Shown here piece after piece: positions 11,336-24,580 of a stretch of DNA of 64,000 bases. Every line of letters starts with the position of its first letter. Positions within the stretch are counted from its first letter, which is position 1. A model generated the notes under the pieces. It saw only the letters and a program-made list of their open reading frames with translations, made no database searches and was not told the DNA's origin. Both the position numbers and the translations under genes were made by a program. Source of the DNA: Eukaryota sp. TZLM1-RC (lineage: Eukaryota > Protista > Metamonada: BaSk clade); NCBI GenBank assembly GCA_040285825.1, contig JAUPSS010000010.1:866881-930880 (forward strand). Reading direction: 5' to 3'.

Positions 11336-14300
11336 TTTAGCATAGTATTTTATAAGTTTTTTTAAACAAATTTCATCAGTTACTTTTACTTTAGTTCCTC
11401 ATCAGTTTATATTTGCCTTTTCTGATGTTCAACTCTTGCGGGGAAAATTTATCACAAGTATTTTAAACTAATTTAAACTTATAAATCCAAAAACCCCGTT
11501 CAACCCATTACAATGTTATAAATTAATTTCCTCCTTCTTTATTGAATGTATACCATAAGTAATCAAAAATTTTGAAAACCAACCACAACTAATGCAAGTT
11601 CCTTTAAAACGGTCTTTCTAGCAAAAATGTTATTTCAAAATCTTAGAATGTACATCCACTACTACAGAGAGCACCAGATAATTGAGGTACTATGTGAACA
11701 AATTGTAACAAGAATTACCAATAATTTTTGAAGGTTTGGATTTTAATGTTCGCCAAAACTGATGCTCCCGCTTTCGCTAATTTTTTGTGAGGTGCTCAAA
11801 ATAGTTCTTCATCTTGTTTTCTTACTCAAATGAATGGACTTTATTAGATGATACCAGATTTTGTTGTACCATGTGCCTTCGATGTTTCATTTGGCCTGAT
11901 AACGTGCCTCGTAAATTGACCTGAAGTAAACTTAGTATCTTATTAGTTAACTTCCTTCTATTGAGAACATTGAGATTTGCCACGTCATCAATTTCATTCA
12001 GATATTCTCAATACATTCTTTCGATTTCTCAACATTGAGGCACGCATGAACCAAAACTTACATGTTCTGTGATCAACATTTTGTCAATGTTGTTTTAGCT
12101 TCGTCATGCCTCTCCTTGTTTTGATAATAAGTCTTCTGAATCCCAACACAGTGTCTCTCCCAATGATGTTCTTCACCCGAAGAGTTTTATCTATGAGTCT
12201 CGCACTCTGTATTCGTTTACCTTGTCCGTAGGGTTAACCCAATCCATAGTTTGTGAGGTCACCGATGCTCCATGGGAATAGTTGACCAAGTCATGCCATG
12301 TCACTGCCCTGTTCCTGTTGGTCTCCGATTACGCTCTCTCAGCTGATCTCCAACGTTGCCAACCTTTTCATGACATTTTATAATTATTTTTTATTATTTA
12401 CGTTCTGGGTATATCAATAACATTGGATAATGCTTCCTGTTTTTGGGTGAAAGTTGATCTTGTCTAATTTTCCATTACCTCAATACTCCATAACTAAACA
12501 GTGCCATCATCAAGTCTTGTAAGAATAATCTACCCACCAGTGGTAATCTGAACGATATTGGATAATGTACTTACAGGAGTAGGAATGCTCTATCTCTTTA
12601 CCCTTGTGGTGAGGACATCTAGGTTGGGAGATATTGGGCTTTCATCGAGGGGGATGATGGTGTGGGATTGGAAAACCTGAAACACTTTTTGGTTGAGGTT
12701 TCAAAATCAGATATTTTTGGTTAGCCACCAGCCGCTCAAATGTTTTGTGGTTTGAGGTCACTTTGACCAATGTTGTTGGAGGGTTGATCACAAAACATGT
12801 AAGTTTTAATTTAACAACTGTTTTCTTTTTCTTTGAAATATATTTATTTATGAGAAAACTAGTAAATCAACATCTAAATAATCCATTTCTCTCAAAACAG
12901 AACAACTCTCTCATATTATCTATTATATTATCGATTGTTTTATTTCAAATTGATAACTGTTTTCTGTTTTATAAATGTTGTGTATAATAATTAAGTTTTA
13001 TTGTTGCTCAACTATTACACCTTGCAGTGTGATCCATTTGCGGTTAATTGGCCATTATAGGTAATTCTTATTATCTTGTTTTATTAAGTAGACCAAAAAT
13101 TATATATAAATTGTGAATTTTGTTTTTCTGTGACCAGAAAGCTAAATTCTGCTTTTGAATTCTGTCTTGATCATTACAGCAATCTTTCTCATTTCTACTG
13201 ATGTTTTTGTTTCGAAATTTTAAGGTTGTATGGGTTGTACATCACGTGATTCGTTGAATGTCACAGCATAAATGAAATCATTTATTCCCATTGCTATAAG
13301 GTTGAAAATTTACTTCATAATAGCCAAAAGTTATGATCACCATTTTATCAAATTGGACTAGTTTTGGAATTTTCGGCACTCTTTACCCATTAGGACCAAA
13401 CTCAACTATGTTCGAGACGGACTCTTAACATTGAATCTGTTGAATTCGTTCATTTCACAAAGATCGCTGTTCAAAGATTAGGAATCTGTTATCCAACATC
13501 TAAATGAACAGCAATTTTGCTCATAGTATTTGCTTACATGAACTCAAGTGTTTCATCATCAATTTATTGTAGTGGGTCTCCGCAGGAGTTGTCAAAGTTC
13601 GTCCAGATGAACCATTCAGATTAATTTGACAAAAAGACTGAAAACTATGGGTACTACTTGCAAATTAATTTGTTTTGAAGACATGAAGCTGTGCATTCTT
13701 TGCATCTACACTATCCAATAAATGGTCTTAGTCAAAGTCCACACAAAAGAAATCAATTGTAATTCGGCTACTGGTTTCCAAACTTTAAAATAAAATTAAT
13801 TTTTCTGTTTATTCATTTAATAACGAATATGAAAACACGACATACACAGCTAAAACTAAATATCCTCAAAATCTGCCTCCCCTACAACAAAACAATTAAT
13901 TACCAAAGATTCAGAAAATTTCCCCAAGGAAGAGAGTGGAACAGAAATTAATATCACCATTCCCTTGGAAAAAGAAAATAGAATCCTGTTTTGCCAGTAA
14001 ACACGATTGAAAATTCTTCCAGATCTTTCCTTTTCAACTACAACAACATCCTCAAGGAAATCTATAACAGTCTTCCCCAGAGATTGAGCAAAGATAAAAA
14101 GAGACATAAACTATATTGGACATGAGAATTTTCATTTGCTGAGGAAATGGGCTTCGCATATTTAGCAATTTTACATTTTTCGCCAGCAAGAAGAAAATTA
14201 TTTACATCTGAGTTAATGAAAACCCGGTTTCTAAACCTTATATCATCATTGTATAAATATGTTTTATTTAAGCAAGATTTTGTATTATAATATTAAAAAT

Positions 14301-14423
14301 AACAGTGAGGAACATGCCCTGTGCTGTTAATTGAAACATGGATGTTAGGCAGTTGGCGTTGATGAATGATCCCCCTCGACCTAATCATCCCAAATTGCAA
14401 TAATTTCTTTTAACACTCCACCA

Positions 14424-14747
14424 ATGGCGACCTTGGAGGATGAGTTTGTGTATCTATAGATTGACATTAGAATGGAAGAACAACAAGACAGACATTATCA
14501 GGGTCTTCACGAAGTTGAAGAATGCACAATTCACAGCTCCCTTCCCTTTGGCTTAGGTCATTTTGCCTTATATGGCATCCCTCTCATTGGGTTGATCTTT
14601 TTGTGGACAAATATGCACTCCCATGATGACAGTGATCCATCTGTTGGGCGTAAAGTGTGTCTGATTGTTCTTTGGCAATTTGTAGTGACTTCATCGTTAA
14701 TCATGATTGTTGACACATTTCAGCCTCAGGAAGCACTGGCTCTTTGA
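14424..14747 (+). CDS. Small 2-TM protein (98 aa), one 27-nt intron (14444-14470)
   Basis: Splicing GTTTGTG...TTGACATTAG joins MATLEDE to MEEQQ in frame. Paralog of 15633-15938. Confidence 0.7.
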
Positions 14748-15632
14748 TTGTTTAATTGTTAAGAATTTTAACCTTTTCAGTTCCTTGTATTACTCATAGG
14801 TGAAGCTCACTCCAGATGGTAAACATCTGGTTGTGGAGAAAATGTCGCTTTTCAAGTGTTTTAACATGTTTTAGTGCATTGATATGGTGATAGAGGTGAA
14901 CGCTTTCAATATTCTAGGATGATGGAAAAAGTATTGATGATATTTTGCATTAGATAAAGCACCTTTTTTGACATAGTCAATTTATTTTTCCAATTGCGAT
15001 TCTTTTTTTCACAAATCAATAAGTTAGAACAAAATAGTTAAATCCTAAGATATTGGATATTATTATTGATCAGTACCTGCACTATTTTCTTTTCTTTTTC
15101 TGTTCTAGTTTGTTCTAAATGCCGTGCCCTAGTAGATAACAACCTGTTTTTGAATACGTTTCCCCTAATAATGCTTATGCTGAGGTTTGATTATTCAACA
15201 GTACGCCTTCATGTCATATGTGACTTTTGTCACAAACAATTCAAGAGCTTTCCCGGTAAGGTGGCTGACATCTAGTTGTCCAAAACCGTTGCTCCTTGAA
15301 ACTCTTCGACTGTTTAGGAAATCTCACAAACAGCGGTTCTTGTGATCTGTCCTATCCTGTTTAAATAAAGGTGTTTTGTTTCAATGGTTATAGTTTTAGT
15401 AGTTGGGGGGGGGGATCAACATAATCAATCACAATGAGCAATCAGTTAGTGAGTAACAACATTTGATGTGCTGAACACCACACTTCAATGTATTTCACAC
15501 TTACCTCCATGGGAAAAGTTCCGAAATTCTTGCTGATATTAATGTTTCATATTGTCAAACTGAATCAAATCTGATCTGAGAGGAAAATCAATCATTATTT
15601 TGATTCCAATTCAATTTTGTCTGTTCACACCA

Positions 15633-15938
15633 ATGGTCTCCTCTGAAGATCAGTTTGTATCTCTCTAGTTTAACGGTAGAATGCAAGCACAGTATCACCA
15701 TCATCACCAACAACTTCAACGAGCTCGTGAAGAACGTATGAGTAATGGACCACGTCCCTTTGGCACTCCTGAATATGTATTGTATGGTCTACCAATTATC
15801 GGGTTACTGTTTTTGTGGGCTAATTTTGATTACCACGATAACCGAGATGCCTCTGTTGCATGTAAAGCTTGTTTGCTTATACTTTGGCAAGTTGTTGTGG
15901 TTATATTAATCTTGTTCATTGCTGAAACCTTTTTCTAG
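15633..15938 (+). CDS. Small 2-TM protein (92 aa), one 27-nt intron (15653-15679)
   Basis: Same intron position and length as the paralog. Shared PFG....LYG.P.IGL.FLW.N...HD..D.SV..K.CL..LWQ motif. Confidence 0.72.
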
Positions 15939-16559
15939 GAAGGTTTGCGCTAAGAATAATCTATTTTGTGTTTGTAAATCTTTGATGTCCTAAGATGTCT
16001 AGTTTTTGGATCGCAAAACCACTTTTAATACCGTACGGGTTGGAGTTGAGGTAAGGTGTGCATTGTGTCAATTTTAACTGTTCAAGTGTCATCCGTAACG
16101 ACCTCAGCACCCACCGTGCAGGAGCTGTGGTTGTTGAAAGTGTTCAATAAATTCAATTAAAGTTCGCAGAACCAATGAAAGCCAGAAGTTTGAGGAAGTT
16201 TGAGGTTATAGTCATTTTCAACTTTATGTGCAACTTTATCTTGATAAATGGAATCTTTATTCCATATTGTTTATGGCCGTTTTATCAAAATGCAAAATTG
16301 AATTCTGTTGTTTTGTGAAAAGACGTGTTGCAACTTTCGTAGAATGACCAATGGCCAACCTATTGCAGTTGCTCATGCAAAGTTCAAAATACTCAAACTT
16401 GACTTTGTCGCCGATGACTGTGTTTTTCATTAGGTTTGAGTATCAAGAAAGAGCTCGAAGTCATGGAGACCCTTAAATTTGAAACACATCGTGAGTATTT
16501 TTCCTTTAAAAATATGTTTTGCTGGAAAAAGGCCCATTTATTTTAATCACTACCTCCAT

Positions 16560-16990
16560 CCATAACGTACAATTTTTGTAGACAATTTGACAAAATATGT
16601 ACAGATTTTTTGGTCTATTTAATGTCTGTTGATCCATAAATTTTGCAAAATCATATTTTTGCTGATATTGAACTTGGTGGTGCTGGTTTGAATTCATCAA
16701 AATATTTGATCAAAGCTGCATTCAGTGGTAGTGGAAAAAACCTTGTTCGTAAAATTCCAAGAAGATATCCTTTTTGCCAAAAATCTTTAAACTACAGATG
16801 GTTTATTGTTTGGATAACTTGAGATACAAACAGCAAGTTTATCTCCTGAACTATGACAACCACGTTTCTCTTTAGCTATTCAAGAGAGTACAGAAAGAAG
16901 TTTGTCTTCATTGATATTTGTGTTGAAAACACTCCAACGACATCTTTTGAAAAACTTTGACAGTAAGGATTGTATTGTTCGATTAAGCAC
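16560..16990 (+). mobile_element. Degraded CRE-like retrotransposon fragment (family D)
   Basis: Translates to HIFADIELGGAGLNSSKYLIKAAFSGSGKN, matching the RT-thumb motif of families A-C. Boundaries approximate. Confidence 0.5.
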
Positions 16991-17029
16991 GTCTCAGCAA
17001 GAAAATTTTGTGTTTGCTAATTTTTTCAA

Positions 17030-18458
17030 TTGATTTGAATTTTGTCGATTTTTTAATGAACAAAGAACCAATTTTTTAGCAAAATTATTGGAAATTGATG
17101 CATTTCAGTTACGAAGCCACAGTTTTTATGGTACAAATTATGGTGGTGTCGATTTTTATAAATCAAGCTACCTTTGTGAAGCTGCCATTATTGGAGGCGG
17201 TAAAAACTTTATTTTTGTATTTGTGAATCGCTTTCCCAACATTGATTTCATTGAAAATTGTGGCAGCTTATGTCTTATTTCTTTGCAACAGGAAATTGAC
17301 TCTTTTTCACCAAATATTTGGTCTAAATGTTTTCCTTCTGATATTGTGGAACTTTCTTCAAGATACTTGCTCTCTTTGCGACTGACTTTTGCAAAATTGC
17401 ACGAAAATATTCTTAATAGTTTTAAAAAACATGGATTATATTGTATGTCTCAGCTTGGGTCAAGAAAAAAATCCCTTTTTTGCAAACTTTTTGATTGATC
17501 TTGAAGACAGTTGCTCAGGTTTCTTAATCTTTTAAATTTCCAACATTTACGGTGTTCTACTTAATGATCACCAATGGACCACTGCAATGAGAATGAGATG
17601 TTTCTTATGGCCATGTTCGTTACCAATGATTTAGTTTGTCGCTGCAAGAGTGTGGTTACGCTTTCCCATATTTTAAACTGCGAATGATGCCGTTAGGCAG
17701 AAATACCAAAAATGAAAAGAAGGAAAAGAACTTTATTAATAAAAATACTTGTTCTTGAACAAGTGCCACGTCATAATGTAAATTCCTCATCTGTCTACCA
17801 AGTTAGTTAATTAGTAACAACAACACAAATTTTGTATAACTTATTAATCAATTGTTCATGACTCAGTTCGTGATCAATTGTATGCCATGTTATGTAGTGC
17901 AAAACTTTCAATATAGAGGCATTTATTGAACCGTTCGTACGTAAGCTATCTCTAAATCAAACTGACGAGTCCTTTGATAAAAGAAGGGCAAATTCAGTAA
18001 CTCCAGGGATCGATTATGTTCTCAACGTTGTGGATGGTGTCTCAGTAAATGTGTGCAAAAATTCTGCTGCTCGTTTGGTGTATTCGGCTGTTTCGCCACA
18101 TGCTAATGCCAAAAAAATAAAAATATGAAGAAACAGTGGCACAGTTAGGTAGAGTGGAACATGTGAAATATCAGTTTGTGCCGTTTGCAATTTCTCTTTT
18201 AAGCAAAATTGGACTTTCAGGATTTCGTTTTTTAGAAAATTTCAAGACAGCTTTACTGAATGGATCTCGTAAAAAATGATTTCCACTTTCTGGTTAAATA
18301 AAAATGTTTTTTGCATTTTCAAGTCTATTCCAACAATGATTTCTGAAGCTCTTTTAGCTATTGGTGTAGAATATGAACAAAATGCTGTGAGTAGGTTTAG
18401 TATTAGTGACGCTTGTTTGGAGGATATTGAATACTAGATAGAATTGTATTTCAATAAA
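17030..18458 (+). mobile_element. Degraded CRE-like retrotransposon family C, 5'-truncated, with solo LTR insertion
   Basis: NYGGVDF..SSYLCEAAIIGG thumb, WTTAMRMR, CRC...HILNC, VHDSVRD, FVPFAIS. Ends TTCAATAAA. Confidence 0.75.
17685..17825 (-). mobile_element. Solo LTR related to LTR element 2
   Basis: Reverse complement starts TGTTGTTGTT and ends TCTGCCTAACGGCATCA like LTR2, 141 bp. Flanks CGAA/CAAA form a 4-bp TSD with one mismatch. Removal restores NCKFCITY. Confidence 0.85.
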
Positions 18459-18622
18459 AATACAGTACAAACAAAATAGAGCACATTTTTTGACACGGAA
18501 ATCAAACAATCTAATTTTGCAATTCCCATTCCACTGTTTAACAGAATAATAAGTTTGAACAAAATAGTGAAAATCAGTATTGGATATCTGTGGAGAACTT
18601 TTTCGATTCCAATTCATTTTTG

Positions 18623-18931
18623 GCTGGTCTCACCAAGAGATCACTTTTTATCACTCTAGTTTAACAGTAGAATGTAAGCACAATATCACCATCATCACCA
18701 ACAACTTCAAGGCGCTCGTGAAGAACGTATGAGTAATGAGTAATGGACCACGACCCTTTGGCACTCCTGAATTAGTATTGTATGGAGTACCAATCATCGG
18801 GTTACTGCGTTTGTGGGCTAATTTGGATTACCACGAAAACAGTGATGTATGCATGCACAGCTTGTTTGCTTATACTTTGGCAAGTTGTTGTGGTTATATT
18901 AATCTTGTTCATTGCCGAAACCTTTTTATAG
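18623..18931 (+). pseudogene. Pseudogene copy of the 15633-15938 small TM gene
   Basis: High similarity to 15633-15938 and its downstream flank. Start codon and 5' splice site are mutated; CAA>TAA change and indels. Confidence 0.8.
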
Positions 18932-20312
18932 GATGAGTTGGTCCAGGAAAATCTATTTTGTGTTTGTTAATGTTTCATATCCAAATTTGTCTAGTTTTTG
19001 GATCACAAAACCACTTTTATAACCACTATGGTCTACATTATGACAATTGTGACTATTTAAGTGTCATCTGTAATGACCTAAACACCCATCGTGAAGGTGT
19101 TATAGTGGTTGAAGGAGTTAGAGAAATTTAATGGAAGCGCTTCTTTTGATAAACGCAGAACCAATTAAAGAAAGAAGTTCGGAAATTTGGTTGAATAATA
19201 GTGGAGTTATCAATTCCTTTGCGTTTGGAAATGCTGGTTCAATAATGAAATCGAAATACTTACAGGCCATGAAACCAATGACAAAACCATTTGTTCTGAT
19301 AACCTCACTTTAATCAGACGACATATCACTAAATGTACTCACATATAATAGGTGTATTTAGGTACTTATTCTACAAATGAATTTGGCAAGTGATTGTATC
19401 TACCAAAACGTAAGGGATCTTGTTTTTTTTCCAAAAAAATTAATTTATATAAAGCGAATAGAAACCCTCTAATATCAGCCAACCTCTTGCTAATTCAACA
19501 ATTGGTATCCAATACAGCTTTTTATCATTTCATCAAACAAGTTTCATTCTAAATCGTGAATAATGAAAACAAATAAACTGGATTAGACCACAAAACATCC
19601 CAACCAAAAGCACTATTGGGTTTTGAAATCTGCAAAGTTTTTCATACCCAAATACATTTACTGTTTGTAGGTGATCAATAGAATAACTTACTCCTAACTT
19701 ACTTTTTTCTGGTTTCTTCGCAAATCCCAACCGATGTTTTTGTTGAAGACAGAAATGAGTGAACTACCGCTGAGTTACCTTCACAATTGTTCAAAGCTTC
19801 ATTACATAAAGGTTTATTACTTTTTGGCACTCTTTTCAATATATTTTTATAAAAAACCAACACGACATACAAGGTTTACGATCATTAATAACAATAGTGA
19901 AAATACTATGAACCACTATTATAAAATCCATATTATAGAACCCTTCAAATTTGGTGGCTTTGTTATTGAAAGGAAACAAGATTTTCCTTTTCCAGGCTCT
20001 GAAGATTACCGTTGATACGAATCATTAATAAGTAATTAGTGATCCAACCATTTCAAACAAACAGAAATAAATTCTTTAATAGTGTTTTTGGAGTGAAATC
20101 ATTTAATAAAAACAATCGCAGTTACAAAATTTTACGAAATATGAGTTTTCATCAACTAGTCTTCAATTAAAGATTATCAGTTGTGGAAAATTGTTTGGAC
20201 AGGGCAAGTAGACCAGCATGTCTGGTTTAGAAGAGTTTTAGTTTTGTTTTGTGTTTCCCATCAGCTAACAACAATTTTTTAATAGATTTAGACACATTCA
20301 AAATTTGTAGTT

Positions 20313-21620
20313 ATGAGGTTCGAACTGTCCGGCACTGACACCCTCAACAAACTCTATGCTTCCCAAAAGCTCTCAGACCACACTCTATTGTTCCACGAAC
20401 ATTCCTTCAAGGTACATCGAAATCTCCTCGCCACTCAGTCCTCTTTCTTTGATCAATGCTTTACTTTTGGTTATGCAGACCAATATGAACATGAACACGA
20501 TCTATCAGAACTACCAATTGATATTGAGATCTTTGAATCATTCATTAAACTATTCTATGGATTCCCAGTAACCCTCACCCTCTCCAATGTCTACCATTAC
20601 TATTACTGTGCGCGTTACTTTGGTGTTCCCTCTCTTCTAGAAAGCACTCTTTCACTAATGAAGAATAATGCCAACCTCCCGGAATTCATGTGTCCTTTGC
20701 TTGGCCAAGCCCAAGAATGGAATGATTTACAGGTGTTTGAAGCCATTAATGGAAAACAGGAAGATTTGGATTTAAAAGTTGCAATTAATAATTTATTCTC
20801 AAAGATAAATAAACCAATGGAACCACTTAACATAAAACCTGACACATTTCAGCTTCTTGCTCCTTCATCCAGGAACAACCAGTGTTTAACAGAATGGTTA
20901 GCTCTGTCTCTAGTAAAGTCTGCTTCTGCAGATGAAAAACGATGGACAGGAGCGGTTGTGGAAGAGGCTTTAGGAGCTTTAGACTTGGAGGTGGTTAGCT
21001 TGGAGATTATTTATGATTCACTTTTGTTGCCTTTATATAAACCAGAAGATTTAGAGGATTTGTTGGATAAATTTGGGGGGAAAGTTGTACTACCTTTGTT
21101 TAGAAAGAATATGGAGAGAGAAAGCAATAAGAGAGAGCAAGAAGAAGGGAAGTTGCTTGAAGGGAATACACAAATACTATTTTCCCAAAGAAAAAAGAGT
21201 TCCAATATCAATGTCTCTGATGATCAACGCACCATTACTAGGACAACAGGTTCTAATGGAGGAATTGTTGGAAGTGAAGTACTGGAGAATGGAAGGATTC
21301 ATAGATACCAGGTTTCGGTTGATGAGACTGGCGATTATACTGCTTATATCGGAGCTGTTTGCCTTTCAAATTTTTGTCCCAGTGATACAACTGTTGGCTG
21401 CGGTCATTGGTGTGGTAGTGACGCGCTTCTACTGAATTTGAATGGTAGTATAGGCAGATGGCACAAGGGCGATGTTTTCAGTGTAACAGTTGATCTAATC
21501 ACAAACAGAATCACTATCAATAACAATAGAAATTTTGATGTTAGCGCTGACCTCGCTAGTGGGGAGGATTGGGTTCCTTACTTTTATATACATGGAAGAT
21601 GGAAATTGTCCCTCATCTAA
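20313..21620 (+). CDS. BTB/POZ domain protein with C-terminal SPRY-like domain
   Basis: SDHTLL....FKVHRNLLATQSSFF BTB motif. C-terminal beta-rich ..GDVFSVTVDL...RITI...WVPYF. Confidence 0.8.
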   Translation: MRFELSGTDTLNKLYASQKLSDHTLLFHEHSFKVHRNLLATQSSFFDQCFTFGYADQYEHEHDLSELPIDIEIFESFIKLFYGFPVTLTLSNVYHYYYCARYFGVPSLLESTLSLMKNNANLPEFMCPLLGQAQEWNDLQVFEAINGKQEDLDLKVAINNLFSKINKPMEPLNIKPDTFQLLAPSSRNNQCLTEWLALSLVKSASADEKRWTGAVVEEALGALDLEVVSLEIIYDSLLLPLYKPEDLEDLLDKFGGKVVLPLFRKNMERESNKREQEEGKLLEGNTQILFSQRKKSSNINVSDDQRTITRTTGSNGGIVGSEVLENGRIHRYQVSVDETGDYTAYIGAVCLSNFCPSDTTVGCGHWCGSDALLLNLNGSIGRWHKGDVFSVTVDLITNRITINNNRNFDVSADLASGEDWVPYFYIHGRWKLSLI

Positions 21621-22538
21621 TTGTTCGCATTAGCTTTAAGGGGGGTTGGATTTATAAACTCTGAATACAGAGGCTGTATTAAATTACTCTATATGTATTT
21701 ATTTTTTCTTAAATCATTATGATATCCAACTTTTGGAAAATAGTAATTAGCAATAGATTTTAAAACATGGTTAATTTAAAAAAAATTGTTAATCTTTTAC
21801 ATCCTTTCCTCATGATCATCATGCTATTTACTGTGACATTCACAATTACACAAATCATTAGGTAAATCTTCCATTAATTGAGACTTATTTGAGATCTGAT
21901 CTTATTCTTATGTCAAAAGCCTACACATTTTATGGAATATAACAGAATCCATCTCCAATCATGGGAGGTATATTGATCGCACTACAACTATTCTCCTGAA
22001 GAATTCAAATTTGTTGCGGAATGGACTTTTATATTTACCACTGTTATTTAGGGTGTTGTAAGCTCATGGATCACGTTGAATGTTAAGTGGAAAACTTGGT
22101 TTGTGCTTGTGCTTTTGATGTAATTAACCCTAACTAAGGTAATTTGTCGTCTCTTTCTTTACTCTATCTCACTGACATTCAGGTTGTTTGATAAATATTT
22201 GGGAGTTTTTGTCATATATTTTGCATAAGATGACACCGAAAATTATGATCATAACTATAGTAACGAAGGGATGATTATGTTGACAACAGAGGCAGGATGA
22301 CCCATTTATCTTAAAAGTTGGTTTATAAATAGCAAATATTTAATTATATGCCAAATTGCTCTATTATTATATTAAAATTATATTAAAATTATATTAATAT
22401 TTGAATAAATATTTTTGCCAAATTGCTCTACACCCAATAACCAAATTTGAATCATTTATAATGATCAAACATTTATGATTCCAAAGGTTATTGATGAAAG
22501 AACAAAATTTATTACAAAATATTTACAATAAAAACCAT

Positions 22539-24475
22539 CTACAAATCTCTTACACTTTGAAATCTAACACCAAACTCAGTAATTTCTGTAACATTAATCT
22601 CATCATGATCTACCTTGTGGTGAACAAAAAACTGCTGACCACCAAAAACATTACCCATACTAACAATGGTCAATAGTTTTCCACCAATAGAAAGATAGTC
22701 TGCCCAAGAAGCTCCATCACCCATCTCTAAAGCTCCACAACAAATAATACAATCATACAAACGACCACTTTCGTCAATGGAATCACCAACATGTTCTTCA
22801 TTCTCCATGTCTTCCACCAAGGAAGTATCAATGCGATGTTGAAAGGGAATATCATTACAACGTTCTCTGTTGATATCAATCAATTGTTGGCTTCCTGAAA
22901 ATAAATGGACAAACCCATTTAGGCCAACCAGCTGGCAGATCAAAGCCAAGATATAACCGCCCTTTGCACCAATCAACGCAACAGAATGTCCCTGTTCGAT
23001 TGAAACAAGTGAAAGTTGGACCGCTATAATCTCTGGGGAACTCTCATTGCTTATGGGAGTGGCAGGAATTGGCCTACAAGGGTCATAACTCATATCAATG
23101 GCTGCTTCGTCATCACAATCATTAGCTCGTGGTCTGAGGTGAGTTGATGGTAGATGACAAACCTATATAGGTATAAATGGCGAGGAACATGGGTCATTGC
23201 AGTGAGAACAGTATCCAAAGCCATTGAGCCAAAATGAGAGGACCTGATAGCTTCAACCATTGACACCCTTGCCTCTTTTGAATTGAGCAACTCCTTGTTG
23301 TCGGGCCATTGGATTGAAATGGTAGGATAGTTAGTGGGGTTTTGACTTTCAATCAACATTCCTGCTGGAACTCTGTTAATTCTACCACGTGCTCTTCCAT
23401 GTGCTTGACTTGGCTGGGATGGTGATGATAACTGTTGGAGGCATGATTCGAATTCATTGAGTTTCGTCCTCTTATCTGGATCAGCATCCATTCCTCTTTC
23501 AATCAGTGGTCTTAGTGATTCTGGTACTGATTCTGGAATGACTGGCCTCTTTCCACTGGATACCAACATCATGACTTGCATCATGTTGGCTGTTGGAGAC
23601 CCTTCAAAGTAAGGCTCTATACCAGAGAAAAGAAAGATTAGCACATTTGAGACTGAATAAACATCAGATTCGAGAGTTAAATGACCCATACCCGGATTGA
23701 AAAGCTCAGGCGCTGCATATTTTACCGTAAACTGGGAACTAGTGTTAGTTCTAATTGTGTGAATAATCTTTGAAGTTCCAAAATCTGCAATCTTTGGAAT
23801 CCACTTTCCTCTATCATTCTTCTTCATCAACACATTCTAAGGTTAGGGTAGGGTTAGGCTTAGACAAACTTCTGGTTTGACATCCCGATGAACAATGTTC
23901 CGGGAATGGAGAAACAACATTCCTGATATGATTCCCTGAGCTACATGGAGCTTTTCCGTGTCTGTAAGGTTTACTTCGTTGAGAGTAGCATCGCAGAGTT
24001 CCATTACAATTCCCATTCTTTTGTTGTGAGTGATGACACCATAGACTTTGACAATGTTGGTACAATTGAGCCCAATGGCTAGATTCACCTCACGTTGAAA
24101 CTTCTTGAGGAGATCTTCCTTGTTGTTAGAGAAACGGAGTAGTTTGACAGCGACCTTTGTACCATTATAGTCTGCTTTATGGACATCTGCGAAGGAACCT
24201 TGGGAAAAGGCATCTGGTTCAATAGAGATTTCGGCGGGAGAGATTTCTGGAACCTGATTAACAGATTTAGTGATAGAAGAGGCAATTCGCATAAGTTCGA
24301 TGTTAGGGATGGGAGATGCAAGGAGATCACAGCGGTAAGGACATTTGCTCAGACTTGGAGAACATGTGGAGCAGATACAATGTCCATTAGCACAAACAGT
24401 TAATGGTTTACGATCATTGTCATTGAATGACTCTGCACATATTGCACAATCTAAGGAGAATTGGGACTCTGCCAT
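22539..24475 (-). CDS. RING finger - TKL-like protein kinase - PIMT(PCMT)-like fusion, 624 aa, 3 exons (24475-23870, 23836-23163, 23133-22539)
   Basis: RING CAIC...C..GH..CSTC...CPYRC. Kinase QGSFADV, VAVK, HRDVKPE|NVL, DFG, APE. PIMT-like AMTHVPRH...VALIGAKGGY...YDCI...GGKL...VRF. Two GTTTGT...YAG introns give a continuous 1875-nt frame. Confidence 0.85.
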
Positions 24476-24580
24476 GAGTTACAGATGATGTCTATAACAA
24501 TGAAATAAGTGTCCTTTTGTAGAGGGACTGAATTTTTGGAAAGTGGAAGATTTTCTCCTTGATACCTTTTTCTTTGAACC

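Noticed and set aside
11540-14250. Coding-like decayed fragments between the GDI-family gene and the TM genes
   Set aside because: No recognisable motif in the frames I translated; left unassigned.
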